A stretch of DNA of 41,256 bases from Octopus sinensis (taxonomy: Eukaryota). The DNA is taken from assembly GCF_006345805.1 (NCBI RefSeq), contig NW_021835281.1:1-41256 (forward strand). Reading direction: 5' to 3'. Position numbers and translations under genes: made by a program. Under the pieces are notes generated by a model. It did no database searches. It had not been told where the DNA came from and saw nothing but the letters and a program-made list of their open reading frames with translations. Positions 1-12,351 of this stretch are shown here, piece by piece (positions within the stretch are counted from its first letter, which is position 1; each line of letters begins with the position of its first letter).

Positions 1-314
1 TATATATATATAGATATATATATATATAATATATAACATACAGCTGAGAATGATGTCAACATCGAGGGAAAGATAGTCACTCTTGGACTCATGACTGTCA
101 GATCAGGTTAGATTCCGAAAGGTATGCCTTTTGTAATTCCAGAGCCAGGCATAAGCTGAAATGTACATTATACAAAACAGAGTGAAGCGTTTGAATTCTT
201 AAAAGGCTAGGGAAAATGCTGAATTTATCACATATCTATGGACGACTTTACGTATAGGGTCAAGAGAGGTCCAAAATATCATCAGGAAGTTATTAAGTTA
301 TTTACAGACATAAT

Positions 315-637
315 GCTGGCACAGCGTCGCTTACGACGATAAGGGTTCCAGTTGATCCGATCAATGGAACAGCCTGCTCGTGAAATTAACGTGCAAGTGG
401 CTGAGTACTCCAGATGCACATGTACTCTTAACATAGTTCTCAGGAAGATTCAGAGTAACACAGAAGGTGACAAGGCTGGTCCTTTGAATTACAGGTACAA
501 CTCTTTTTTGCCAACTGAGTGGAATGGAGTAACGTAGGATAACATGCCTTGATCAAGGACAAGGCACCGCCACGAATCGAACTCACAACCTTACGATCAT
601 GAAGCAAATACTCCTAACCACTAAACTACGCGTCTTC
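315..637 (-). mobile_element. tRNA-headed SINE (head C + tail Y) with 11-bp target-site duplication
   Basis: Minus strand begins tgaagacgcgtagtttagtggttagg...gagttcgattc (A/B-box-like). Its 3' ~190 bp matches the tail of the SINE at 35804-36180 (ttaatttcacgagcaggctgttcc...ggaaccct). Flanked by the direct repeat acagacataat at 304-314 and 638-648. Confidence 0.85.
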
Positions 638-961
638 ACAGACATAATAATGACGCTAAAACAGTACATATACTGTCATCTAGAGGAAGAATTACCCTAG
701 CATAAATATAATGAATATAGCAAAGGAGGCCATCTAATTTACATTCTGTAGAGACAAACTGTAAGCGGAACTGTAAAAATATGTGAAATCTTTCGAAAAT
801 TCAACTAATTTTGCTTGTGTTTTTGTCTAAGTACAAATTGTGGACTATTGTTTTCTAGTCAGCCACTTTCAATAGAAATATTTCAAAGAAAGCGTGTGTT
901 TGTGTGTGTGTGTGTTTGTATTTACGTGTGTGTATGTGTGTGCATGCCTGCGTTTATGTGC

Positions 962-992
<31 letters not shown>

Positions 993-993
993 T

Positions 994-1030
<37 letters not shown>

Positions 1031-1120
1031 CGTTTGCTGCACTTTACAATAAAATATACCAACAGATTTAAGCCAGCACTTTATACACAGAAAGATGTAA
1101 ACAGCTTATCTTTATATATA

Positions 1121-1532
1121 GGCGCAGGAGTGGCTGTGAGGTAAGTTGCTTGCTTACCAGCCACATGGTTCCGGGTTCATTCCCACTGCGTGGCACCTTG
1201 GACGAGTGTCTTCTACTATAGCCTATAGCCGACCAAAGCCTTGTGAGTGGATTTGGTAGACGGAAACTGAAAGAAGTCCGTCGTATATATGTACATATAT
1301 ATATGTATGCGTGTGTATATGTTTGTTTGTCTGTGCTTGTCCCCCCAACATCGCTTGACAACCGATGCTGGTGTGTTTACGTCCACGTAACTTAGTGGTT
1401 CGGCAAAAGAGACCGATAGAATAAGTACTAGGCTTACAAAGAATAAGTCCTGCGGTCGATTTGCTCGACTAAAAGGCGGTGCTCCAGCATGGCCGCAGTC
1501 AAATGACTGAAACAAGTAAAAGAGTAAAAGAG
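1121..1532 (+). mobile_element. ~410-bp SINE family A (tRNA-like head, CORE-like accttggg/acgagtgtctt segment, internal TA/TG tract, agtaaaag tail)
   Basis: Near-identical full-length copies at 3066-3549(-), 10156-10604(+), 14320-14708(-), 17717-18128(+) and 25795-26211(-). B-box-like ggttc(a/g)(g/t)tccc. Confidence 0.9.
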
Positions 1533-2227
1533 AATATATTGTCTTCGTGGAAAGGAAAAAAGGCGTCAGCCGGGCTCGTTTCCATCCTATAGGTTTCAAC
1601 GGCGGTTGAGCGCCTTCTTTAACTATCCACACAGAGACACTGATTAATAAATCAACATCAGTAAATTGAACGGACCAATTTGCATATAAATATAACACCT
1701 TTTTGGTTGCTAGTCCCATTAATAAATTACTATGCAGTAACCAATGTCGCGTGGGTGCCAGATGCGTCAGCTTTTCTCTACTTCTCAATCAACGAGGGAA
1801 GTAACAGGAATACAATTAAAATTTAAATATATTCAACTGAAACTTAAAAAATCTAGACTTCTTTGTAAGTAAGCAATAGCCTCATTTCTGAATATTCGAT
1901 GCTGAATATTCAAATATCTCTTCTTGCTTACTTTGCATATTCAAATCGATAACTTTGAATGAATTTATTATACAAAAATCAATGACAAAGAACTGTTGTG
2001 TGATGATTCTCAGCAGAAGTTACAAGTTATAAATTATTACTGTGACTAGAGATTCTAAAAACTAACTTAGCAAGAAATATTCCTTAAAGTACATATTAAC
2101 GCCTCGAGTGAGTTTTATCAATATTTCCTATCAACTTTGCAATACGAAACAAACTCAATACTTCGATCTGTTCGACTATCTCGTTCGTGGTTCGTGTGGC
2201 AAGAAGTTTATTTCCCAACCAAATAGT

Positions 2228-2500
2228 TTCGATTTAAGTTCCTCTACGAGACACCTTGGACAGATGACTTCTACTATTGCCTCAGGCCGAACAAAGGCTT
2301 GTGAGTCAATTTGGTAGATGGAAACTGAAAGACGCCAATCACGCACACATGTATGTATGTATGTATGTATGTATGTATGTATGTATGTATGTATGTGTAT
2401 GTATGTATGTATGTATTATGTATGTATGTATGTATGTATGTATGTATGTGTGTTTGTGTCAGTGTTTGTTCCCACCCCCATCACCACTTGACAATCAGTG
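2228..2500 (+). mobile_element. Degraded partial family A SINE with expanded internal (TATG)n
   Basis: gacaccttggacagatgacttctactattgcctcaggccgaacaaaggcttgtgagtcaatttggtagatggaaactgaaag aligns with family A. Confidence 0.75.
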
Positions 2501-2879
2501 TGGGCGTTTATATATATATATATATAATATATACATATTATATATATATATATTATATATATTATATATACAACATTACACATCACATCACAACACACAA
2601 CCCACACACCCATCCCTACATCTTTACACCTACACATACATACACACATCACATCACAACACACCACCCACACACCCATCCCCACATCTCCACACCCACA
2701 CATACACACACACGTCCAGACCACCAGCCCTCTTTCACACGCACATACATACTCTCTTATACACACACGCACCTTTGTGTTGGGGGTGTCCTTCGTATTG
2801 GAGGTCATCTTGACTTTGTTATCTCCCCTACTTCCCCTCTCCCGTCTGACCATTCTGTCCGAAGTCAGACGCCATGATA

Positions 2880-3060
2880 GATCGTTAGCTACTACACACA
2901 TTGTCTCTCTCCTTGTTTTTTTCTGTGTATCTTTCTGTAGAAGAGCGTAGGCTCGAAACGTAAAAGACTTTTTCTATTCCTGAGCGCTATACTAATACAT
3001 CTATTTGTTTGTACACCGCCTGCCTTCGTCTTTTGTTTATTTTCGTAAACTTTCCCTTTA
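2880..3060 (+). mobile_element. Probable Penelope-like element terminal (pLTR) fragment
   Basis: Contains a hammerhead-shaped motif (2930-2967) followed by ttcctgagcg...aatac...tatttgtt, an arrangement shared with 24540-24722. Family assignment is inferred. Confidence 0.5.
2930..2967 (+). ncRNA. Degenerate minimal type-I hammerhead ribozyme motif
   Basis: tcttt-CTGTAGA-a-gagc(gtag)gctc-GAAA-c-GTA-aaaga. Stems I and II pair; the core has A6>U. Confidence 0.5.
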
Positions 3061-3065
3061 TATAC

Positions 3066-3313
3066 TCTCTTTACTCTTTTACTCTTTTACTTGTTTCAGT
3101 CATTTGACTGCGGCCATGTTGGAGCACCGCATTTAGTCGAGCAACTCGACCCCCGGACTTATTCTTTGTAAGCCCAGTACTTATTCTATTGGTCTCTTTT
3201 GCCGAACCGCTAAGTGACGGGGACATAAACACACCAGCATCGGTTGTCAAGCAATGCTAGGGGGACAAACACAGACACACAACACACACGCAACACACAC
3301 ACACACACACATA

Positions 3314-3357
<44 letters not shown>

Positions 3358-3549
3358 ACCGATATATATATTATATATATACATATATACACAGGCTTCT
3401 TTCAGTTTCCGTCTACCAAATCCACTCACAAGACTTTGGTCGGCCCGAGGCTATAGTAGAAGACACTTGCCCAAGGTGCCACGCAGTGGGACTGAACCCG
3501 GAACCATGTGGTTGGTAAGCAAGCAACTTACCACACTGCCACTCCTGTG
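3066..3549 (-). mobile_element. Family A SINE, full length
   Basis: Reverse complement of 1121-1532 with an expanded internal (CA)/(TA) tract. Confidence 0.9.
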
Positions 3550-4152
3550 AAAATGGCGGACGTTGTTTCACAAGCAGTGGTGCAGACAAAAATGTTAGTA
3601 AATGTGGTCGGATTGACCTGAAGATTTGCACGCCTATGTTAAAAGTGCTGGGAAGTTTGCATGGCAACTTTGAGTTTGTTCAGTTGAAAGGCGTGGCCTC
3701 TAGGGCAAAATTCCTCATCTTTAAAATGTGGCCCGAGTAGACCCGAGTAGTATTATAACCGAATGAAATCGGGTTTCAAAATACGCCAGCCAAGATAAGT
3801 TAAATTGTCTGAAGTCGTAAGACTCCCGCTGTCCTGTTATTACTATTCTTGTTTTTTATTTTTATTTTTATTTTTGTTTCTTGTATTTATATTCGTGTGG
3901 CATCGTCCGTTTTTCTGTCTTTGTTTCGTATACATTCGATCCTTTTTCCAAGAAATCTAATGCTCGGAGCTTAGTTTTTCCTTGGGGCTGGCCGGATCGG
4001 AGCGATCTCAGGATTAATCAGCCGAAATTGCTAAGATGATCCGGTTCCTGACTGAAGATTAGAGGCTTCGAATGACCTGTCTGTTTTTTTGTGTCGTCTC
4101 TTTGTGTAGTTTGCGTTCTTGTCCCTTTTGTACATTTTATATATTAAGTTAT

Positions 4153-4188
<36 letters not shown>

Positions 4189-4214
4189 ATGTGTGTGCGT
4201 GTGTGTGTGTGTAT

Positions 4215-4331
4215 GTGACCACCACGTGACCGACCAGGCTATCAAATGTTGCTACACATCGCTGGTCACAATGCGCTTCGCATTGTTTTAGCCTTCAAAT
4301 GACGCCACCCCGCTGGCTAAGCGAGCAGCCC
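4215..4331 (+). repeat. ~120-bp dispersed repeat, inverted copy at 24753-24871
   Basis: gtgaccgaccaggctatcaaatgttgctacacatcgctggtcacaatgcgcttcgcattgttttagccttcaaatgacgccacccc is the reverse complement of 24753-24871. Both copies abut microsatellites. Confidence 0.8.
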
Positions 4332-4344
4332 AAGAGAAGAAAGA

Positions 4345-4510
4345 GTGTGAGAAAGTTGTGGCGTTAGAGTACAGCAGGGATCGCCACCACCCCCTGCCGG
4401 AGCCTCGTGGAGCTTTAGGTGTTTTCGCTCAATAAACACTCACAACACCCAGTCTACGATCCTACAACTGCAAGTCCGCTGCCCTGACCAGTGGGCCATT
4501 GCGCCTCCAC
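4345..4510 (-). mobile_element. SINE family B 5' fragment (tRNA-like head, T-arm region deleted)
   Basis: Reverse complement gtggaggcgcaatggcccactggtcagggcagcggact matches the heads at 15178 and 35804. Confidence 0.8.
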
Positions 4511-4589
4511 GTATATGTATATGTCTATACATACATGCATATGCATATGCCAAATATATACACGTATATACATACTACTACATACATAT

Positions 4590-4775
4590 GGTTTCATATT
4601 TTGGCACAACACCAGCAAATTTTAGAGCTGGGATAAATCGATTGCATTGACCTCGATTTTTGACTGATACTTCAAAGTTGACCCCGGTGACATTTGAACT
4701 CCGAACGTAAAGACGGTCGAAATGCCGCCAGGCATTTTGTTCGACACTCTAACAATTCTGCCAGCTCGTTGCCTT
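4590..4775 (-). mobile_element. Degraded family M SINE
   Basis: Reverse complement aaggcaacgagctggcagaattgttagagtgtcgaacaaaatgcctggcggcatttcg...gagttcaaatgtcaccggggtcaacttt matches 5762 and 21364. Confidence 0.75.
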
Positions 4776-4914
4776 AACAACTAGACGCACACACACATAC
4801 AAACATACAGACACATATAGTATATACGCATATATGTATGCACATAGACTATATGTATATACAACTACGTATTCGCATATATATACATGTGTATATACAT
4901 GTTAATACAGATAT

Positions 4915-4931
4915 TACTACTACTACTATTA

Positions 4932-5027
<96 letters not shown>
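4915..5027. repeat. (ACT)n microsatellite with (GCT)n interruption
   Basis: Direct reading. Confidence 0.95.
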
Positions 5028-5761
5028 ATTAAATTGTCGTGAATCTATATCAATGGCTCGCGGGCATTGAATTTCGTAACAATGCACTTATCTAACAGAA
5101 TAAGATTTGAATAAGTTATATACGTATTCACACGTGCTTCAGCTTGCGTGTGTACTTGTGTGTGTATGTGTGTGTGTATGGATGTCTATGATTTCGCGCG
5201 CGTGTGTGTGTATGTGTGTGTGATTACGTACATGCATAAACACGTATATAATTTATAAATGCATTACATGCACATTTTAAATTTGCTTATTAAATTTGTT
5301 CGAAGCCAAGGAATCACCCCAGAGTTACTTCTATTCTCTGCCTTGTAATTTTTTTTTTTTTTGGTTCTTGCTGCCATTGTGAGATATAACCAGGAAGCTT
5401 CTTCACAAACACACTCACTGAACAAATGTATCTTTGCAGATGTAAGGCGAATTTCAGATGGAAGCGGAGGTTTATTTTGATACTGCATAAAATATCAATC
5501 AAACATTGATAAAACTCAGTCGAGGTGTTAATAAAATGTACTTTAGTGAATGATTCTTGCTAGGCTAGTTTTTTTGGTTTTTTTTAATGTAGATTATTTA
5601 TGTATAGTTATTGTTTTATGACTTGTAACATTTGCTGAGAATCTCCATGCAATTCACATTTCTCATTGATTTTTGTAAAATAAATTCGTTCAAAATTATT
5701 GGTTAGGATGAGTGAAGTGAACGAGAATAGCTACTTGTGTATTCAATATTCGTGTATTCAT

Positions 5762-6335
5762 AAGGCGGCGAGCTGGCAGAAACGTTAACACGCCGGGCGA
5801 AATGCCTAGCCGTATTTCGTCTGCCGCTACGTTCTGAGTTCAAATTCCGCCGAGGTTGACTTTGCCTTTCATCATTTCGGGGTCGATAAATTAAGTACCA
5901 GTTACGCACTGGGGTCGATGTAATCGACTTAATTCGTTTGTCTGTCCTTGTTTGTCCTCTCTGTGTTTAGCCCCTTGTGGGTAGTAAAGAAATAGGTATT
6001 TCCTCTGCCGTTACGTTCTGAGTTCAAATTCCGCCGAGGTCGACTTTGCCTTTCATCCTTTCGGGGTCGATTAAATAAGTACTAGTTACGCACTTGGGTC
6101 GATATAATCGACTTAATCCGTTTGTCTGTCCTTTCAGTGTTTAGCCCCTTGTGGGTAGTAAAGAAATAGGTATTTCCTCTGCCGTTACGTTCTGAGTTCA
6201 AATTCCGTCGAGGTCAACTTTACCTTTCATCCTTTCGGAGGCGATAAATCAAGTACTAGTTGCGTACTGGTGTCGTTATAATCGACACCAGTCTCCTCCA
6301 AAATTTCGGGTCTTGTTCCTCGAGTAGAAAAGTGT
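5762..6335 (+). mobile_element. Family M SINE trimer (full unit plus two head-truncated units)
   Basis: Head ggcggcgagctggcagaaacgttaa, B-box gagttcaaattcc, central gtcgactttgcctttcatcctttcggggtcgat (from recall, resembles the Meta/MESC SINE domain). Units restart at ggtattt at 5995 and 6169. Confidence 0.85.
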
Positions 6336-6384
6336 TTTCGAGTATTCAGAAATTGAACTATTGCTTGCTTGCTTTTTTTTTATT

Positions 6385-6787
6385 TTTTTATCTCAGCGTT
6401 TACTTGTTTCAGTCATTGGAATGCGGCCATGCTGGGATAACACTTTGAAGAGTTCAGTCGGACAAACCGACTCCTAGTACAATATTTGTTAAAAGTCCGG
6501 TACATATTCCATCAATCTCTTTTGCTAAGATACGAGGACTTAAACAAACCAACAGCGGATGTTAACTTGTAGCGGGGGTGGGGTGACGGCGGTGGTTGTG
6601 AACAAACGCAAACACAAAGACATTCACTCATAGAACGGGTTCCTGTAAATTTTTGTCTACCATATTCACTCACAATGCATTCGTCAGCCCGAGGTTATTG
6701 TGGAAGTCACTTGCCCAAGGTGCTGTGCAGTGGAACTGAACCCGAAACTACGTGGTTTCAAAGTGAGCTTCTCAACCACACAACTGT
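6385..6787 (-). mobile_element. Older diverged family A-related SINE
   Basis: tacttgtttcagtcattggaatgcggccatgctgg at one end and cacttgcccaaggtgctgtgcagtggaactgaacccg at the other. Confidence 0.75.
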
Positions 6788-7016
6788 ACCTTACAAAGGA
6801 TTCTAGATTTTGAATTTTTCAGATATTTGAATATTCATTGAATTCTTGTTCCTCCTGCCGTTAACTTAGGGGGGCCAGGGGACAGAAAACGCATCTGACA
6901 ACGACTAATCGCTGGCTGCTACATTCTTTCTTCTCTTTTATTTGTTTCAGTCATTTGACTGGTGCATTTCTTTGGTTTGTATTATTCGATATTCATTATT
7001 ATTATTATTATTATTA

Positions 7017-7563
7017 TACTTTTTTTTCTTCTTTCAAATTTGCTTCCATTTCTTGCCGAGTGTCTTCCCGACTCCTAGGGCCAAGAAACTCATAGTATTC
7101 ATTGGTAGGCCATTAAACCAAACTCAGTAGTTCGTTCATTTTTTTTTCTTCTTTTTTTTTAAAGTTAAATTAAAATACATGAGCAGCAACAGTTCTCACA
7201 TCGACAATGCTCTTCTCAATACGTGTGATGTACCAGTTAAGACAATCTTTTGCACTTCTTGCAGGGATGGTAAGCCAGGGATCATTCTCATATAATTTTC
7301 GGTTCCCTTCTTGATCATTCCTAGTGCTCCTACGATCACTGGTATTGTAACCGCCTTGAGATGCCACATTTTCTCAATTTCAATGAGTAGGTCTTTATAT
7401 TTTCTGAGCTTGTCAAACTCTTTCGCTGAGATATTATGATCACAGGGGATGCTCATGTCGATCAATAAGCAAACTTTATTGTTTTGGTCTTTCACAACAA
7501 TATCTGGTTTATTGGCCTTGATGGTTCGGTCTGTATGTACTGGAAAGTCCCACAGAATGGTTA

Positions 7564-7564
<1 letters not shown>
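7017..7564 (-). mobile_element. 5'-truncated RLE-type non-LTR retrotransposon (R4/Dong-like), endonuclease domain plus 3' UTR
   Basis: Uninterrupted frame 7564->7196: VTILWDFPVHTDRTIKANKPDIVVKDQNNKVCLLIDMSIPCDHNISAKEFDKLRKYKDL...IPVIVGALG...LTGTSHVLRRALSM*, with a PD-(D/E)xK-type motif. (TAA)n on both sides (6995-7016, 7565-7631). Confidence 0.9.
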
Positions 7565-7632
<68 letters not shown>

Positions 7633-7782
7633 GCGTGGGTGTATTTGAGGTAGGAGATTATGGGTGGGTGAGAGTTATTTTGTTAGTGCCATATTTACTC
7701 TCTTTCTATGCATGACAAAGAGATAGATTAAATTTGAGCATCGGTGACAATAATACATTCACCTAGTTTATAAATATATTTA

Positions 7783-8516
7783 TACGAGAAGTCAAGAATT
7801 ATCCGCATTTTCGACAAAACCTTCTTTAGGTTAGCTGTACAGCGATGGCGCACTAAAAGGCGGTACTCACGAGGTTACGTAAAAGAGGTTTGACGTTGAT
7901 TGCTCCATTTTTTTTTTCTTGTGTTACTGAGTAAGTGTGGCTACTCCACTGGCAGTGAGCACCAAGGAAGAACGGAGATTTTTCTGTTCTGAAGGTGTGT
8001 CAGGAACTAAAATTCATTGCAGATGTTCACTACAATACGTGGACAGCGCTCAACGGCGTAGAAGTGTGTATAAATGGAACAAAAAGTTTTAAAATGGCTG
8101 GACGAGTGTAAAGCAAAAAGTGTGAGCACCAACCCCTCTCCACTACTACTATCGTAAAAATTCAAGACTCGAGGGACCGTTGAAACCATAGAAAAATTGG
8201 GTTTCGAGTTGCTGGAACACTATGTGTACAGTCCAGATCCTGACCCTTCCGACTATCACTTCTTTGGACCACTCAAACATCCTTTACGAGGTCGTCGACT
8301 TGCTACGGGCGAAGAAGCGCCGGAAGCGGTGCATAAATGGCTATGCGAGCAACCGGAAAACCTCTCCGATGGAATAAGCAAGTTTGTGCACCGCCAAAAG
8401 AAATGCATCATAAATAAAAGAGGCTGTAGCGAAAATGATGTAATTGTTCAACCGCTGCTTTTGTTTTACCAAATTACAGAAACAAGAGTGCGTATAATTT
8501 TTGACTTACTCTAGTA
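7783..8516 (+). mobile_element. Internally deleted mariner transposon (irritans-like), pseudogenised
   Basis: Imperfect TIRs cgagaagtcaagaattatccgca (7785-7806) and tgcgtataatttttgacttactctag (8489-8514), each flanked by TA. N-terminal HTH remnant SEGVSGTKIH..QY..SVYKW..F.NG.TSV and C-terminal YSPDPDPSDYHFFGPLK...WLCEQP...GISKFVHR.KCI (ORF 8197-8514). Confidence 0.9.
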
Positions 8517-8767
8517 ATTCCTCACTTTGTAGCACAATTCCCATGATACTCTGCGACCTCTCGTAAAATGCGCAATCAACACGCTATTTTTGTCATTACG
8601 TCATTACTAGTCATAAAGGACTAATAAGGAAATATGAAAAATTCCTAAAAAAGAAGTAAAAAAGGTAAAAAGAAAATACTCTAACATAGACTTGTATTTT
8701 ATATAACCTGTTTGAAAGAAAACCTGTTATCTATTTAAACATTATACACACACAATGTATGTTTACA

Positions 8768-8824
<57 letters not shown>

Positions 8825-9139
8825 TATATATATATATATGTGTGTGTGTGTATACACAGTATATGTGTGCGTGCGTGTGTGTGTCGTGTAGGTTTGTGTG
8901 TGTGTATGCATATATATATTTATTTATACATATGTATATATCTGTCTATCTACATACATATATACATAATTGAATACATGCATAAATATATATACTCGCA
9001 CACATTTCCTATACGCAAGCACACCCATATTCATGTGGTTGGTATGGGTGAATGCGTATATGTGTGTGTGTATATAATATATTATGTATATATGTGTGTT
9101 TGTATTATATATATATAAATTTCTCTCTCTCTCTCTCTT

Positions 9140-9177
<38 letters not shown>

Positions 9178-9264
9178 TATATATATATATACTTATACAT
9201 ACATGTAAATACGCACATATTATTTAGAGATCGACCATTTACACTTTTATACACAGTTAGCAAA

Positions 9265-9337
<73 letters not shown>

Positions 9338-9370
9338 TAGATAGATAGACAGTCAGACAGACAGACAGAC

Positions 9371-9445
<75 letters not shown>

Positions 9446-9458
9446 CAGATAGATAGAC

Positions 9459-9513
<55 letters not shown>

Positions 9514-9518
9514 CAGAC

Positions 9519-9589
<71 letters not shown>
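9265..9589. repeat. Compound (GACA)n(GATA)n microsatellite
   Basis: Direct reading. Confidence 0.95.
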
Positions 9590-9924
9590 GAGGGAGGAAG
9601 TGAGATTATTGAGGAAGTGAAAGTTTGCGATCATGTTTTCTTTTCATCGATCTGTCACCCTATGATTGATCCCTTCCTGTGCTATAATACAAGCTCTTCA
9701 TATTCTCCTCTATGAATCCGTCAATATTTGTTTTTCACACGCGGTATAATGAATTGAGTCAAGTTCCTTCAATCACTGATACCCGTGAATGGCTAATTAT
9801 CATCGCTTTGAGAAGTGAAACCTATTGACAATGTGTATGCTTTTTCCCACGCTAATCGTCGTTATTTTCCTTGATTAATTCCAGATCTGCCCCTATTCTC
9901 ACGTTAATTATTAACGAGATCGAG

Positions 9925-10150
9925 GAGCTGGAAAAGTCTTTAGCACACTGGATAAAATGCTAATTGACAGTTTCTTTTTTTTTTCGGTCTTACTTTCTGA
10001 GCTCAAATGCAACTGAGATCGACTTGGATTTTTTTCATTCTTTCAGGTTCGGTAAAATAAATACCAGGTGAGTACTGGCGGTCAATATAATAAACTAACA
10101 ACCTCACCTCAAAATTGCTGACCTTCTCTCAAAAAATTAGGAAGAATATT
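9925..10150 (+). mobile_element. Highly degraded family M SINE
   Basis: gagctggaaaag...ctgagctcaaatgcaactgagatcgactt...ttcattctttcaggttcggtaaaataaataccagg. Confidence 0.6.
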
Positions 10151-10155
10151 GCTTA

Positions 10156-10289
10156 CGAACCACATGGTTCCGGGTTCAGTCCCACTGCGTGACACCTTGG
10201 GCAAGAGTCTTCTACTATAGCCTCGGGTTTACCAAAGCCTTGCGAGTGGATTTGGTAGACAGCAACTGAAGGAAGCCTGTCTTATATAG

Positions 10290-10324
<35 letters not shown>

Positions 10325-10333
10325 TATATATAT

Positions 10334-10372
<39 letters not shown>

Positions 10373-10604
10373 GTATGTGTGTGTATATATGTTTGTGTGT
10401 CCGTGTTTGTCCCCCCAACATCGTTTGACAACCGATGCTGGTGTATTTACGTCCCCGTAACTTAGCGGTTCGGCAAAAGAGACCGATAGAATAAATACTA
10501 GGCTTACAAAGAATAAGTCCTGGGGTCGATTTGCTCGACTAAAAAGGCGGTGCTCCAGCATGGCCACATTCAAATGAATGAAACAAGTAAAAGAGTAAAG
10601 AGTA
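10156..10604 (+). mobile_element. Family A SINE, 5' ~35 bp missing
   Basis: Aligns with 1121-1532. Confidence 0.9.
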
Positions 10605-10865
10605 AGAATTATTAACGAAACTTGAGTGAAGTGATTCTTCCTGTAACTGGACGAGGATACATAAGGAAATATTTTCATCACTAATCGCTAATAATAATTC
10701 TTTATGAAAAAGAAGAAAGAAAAAAAGAAAATCAAAACAAAAAAACAAAATGAAACAAAACGAAGATCACTCATCATGTATTGAGGGGAATTTCAGCAAA
10801 ATTGTGAGGTTATGTCTGTGGGTAGTTGTAAGTATAACGGGTCACAGGTAGTCTAGTCTAGTCTA

Positions 10866-10903
<38 letters not shown>

Positions 10904-11023
10904 ATGCATACGAGAGTATTGCTTTCCAGTAAAGAATAGCCCGTGAGGGAAAATTATACATAGAAGTAAATATATGGCAAAACGAAGAAGTAAATATCGG
11001 TACTTCGTTGTGCCATATATTTA

Positions 11024-11060
<37 letters not shown>

Positions 11061-11066
11061 GCACAC

Positions 11067-11151
<85 letters not shown>

Positions 11152-11519
11152 TCTTCTATTTCTTTTGCTTCAATCACTGAATTGCAGTCATGCTATGGTT
11201 CCTTGAAGGGTTTTGTCGGATACATCTTCTCCAGTACTTATTTTCTTTTTAGAAGTCTCATGCAAATGCTCTCGGTGTCTTTTGGCAAGCCACTAACTTA
11301 CTGGGATGTAAGCAAACAAACACTGGTTGCGTGTTTAGGATTTTTATATAATAGTAATTAACTCCGCTTTCAAAGGGATGCACTTGAATTCATAGAAGGA
11401 TGCTGCATCGCGATGTATTTTGCTCTGCATCTCGAGAACATGCCTGTATTTAGAGATAGCACTTAGAAAATGTTTACTAGTTGTACACTCCGGCTTATAT
11501 ATAGTTGTATAGATACATA

Positions 11520-11955
11520 CATGTTTCAAATTTTGGCACAAGGCCAGCAATTTCTAGGGAGTGTTAAGCTGATAACTGATAGTTATTTTATCCACCCAGA
11601 AAGGATGAAAGACAAAGTCGTCCTCTCCGGAATTCGAACCCAGGACGTAAAAACAGACGAAATGCCGCTAATCATTTTGCCCGGCGTGCCATCTCACCAG
11701 CTCGCCGCCCTATCCCATAGATTACACATTGGTTTAAAATTTTAGCACAAGGCCAGTAATTTCGGGGAAGCAGGTAAGTCGATTAATTTGACCCCAGTGC
11801 TATACTGGTACTTATTATATCGAGTCCGAAAGGATGGAAGGCAATCAACCTCTGCGGAATTTGAAACTCAGAACGTAAAGACAGACGAAAAGCCGCTAAG
11901 TGTTTGGCTTAATTTTGCCCGGTGTGCGAACGATTGTACCAGATCGCCAACTTGT
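11520..11955 (-). mobile_element. Two adjacent degraded family M SINEs (about 11520-11712 and 11730-11955)
   Basis: Each has aaattttggcacaaggccagcaatt ... gaaaggatgaaag ... gaattcgaac/gaatttgaaac ... acagacgaaa. Confidence 0.75.
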
Positions 11956-12351
11956 GCCATAGATACATATTAATAACTAAGTGTTGGTGCCTTGTTACCA
12001 AGAAACAAAAATTTAGACAAGTCATTAGAAGGAATAATTAGAGGTAGAGAGAATTTATATCTGAATGTGATCCAATTTCACACCGTAGAACCAGGTGTAT
12101 AAAATGGAGTAAAGTCCATTTCGTTTTCTTTCTCGTTAAAGGTACACGAGTGATTGGCATTTATTTTGTCCTCCATGGGTAGATCTAACTCGTGCACCAA
12201 AAATATATAGCAATCACTCGATTGTATGTATGTTAATTTGTATGTATAAATGAATGTATATCAAATAAACCTAATCGCATGGAATATTTCTGAAACGACA
12301 TGTCAATAGTGAAACGAGTCTGCAATTCGTAAGATATTGTTCTTGAAAGAT

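Noticed and set aside
41-110. Peptide ENDVNIEGKIVTLGL resembling Rac/Rho NVMVDGKPVNLGL
   Set aside because: The diagnostic WDTAGQ that should follow is absent and downstream frames show no GTPase similarity; likely chance.
1216-1788. 190-aa minus-strand ORF
   Set aside because: More than half is antisense SINE A; the unique part shows no recognisable motif.
4052-4080. CTGAAGA...GAAT as a further hammerhead in the 3690-4140 segment
   Set aside because: GAAT instead of GAAA, and the best local stem (gaag/cttc) consumes the putative core.
5703-5909. Recurring ORFs MRNW(Y/C)L...DERQS.PRRNLNSERSGRRN (also 21308-21511) and ...FSFRLPNPLTRLWSA...
   Set aside because: Antisense translations of SINE families M and A, repeated because the SINEs repeat.
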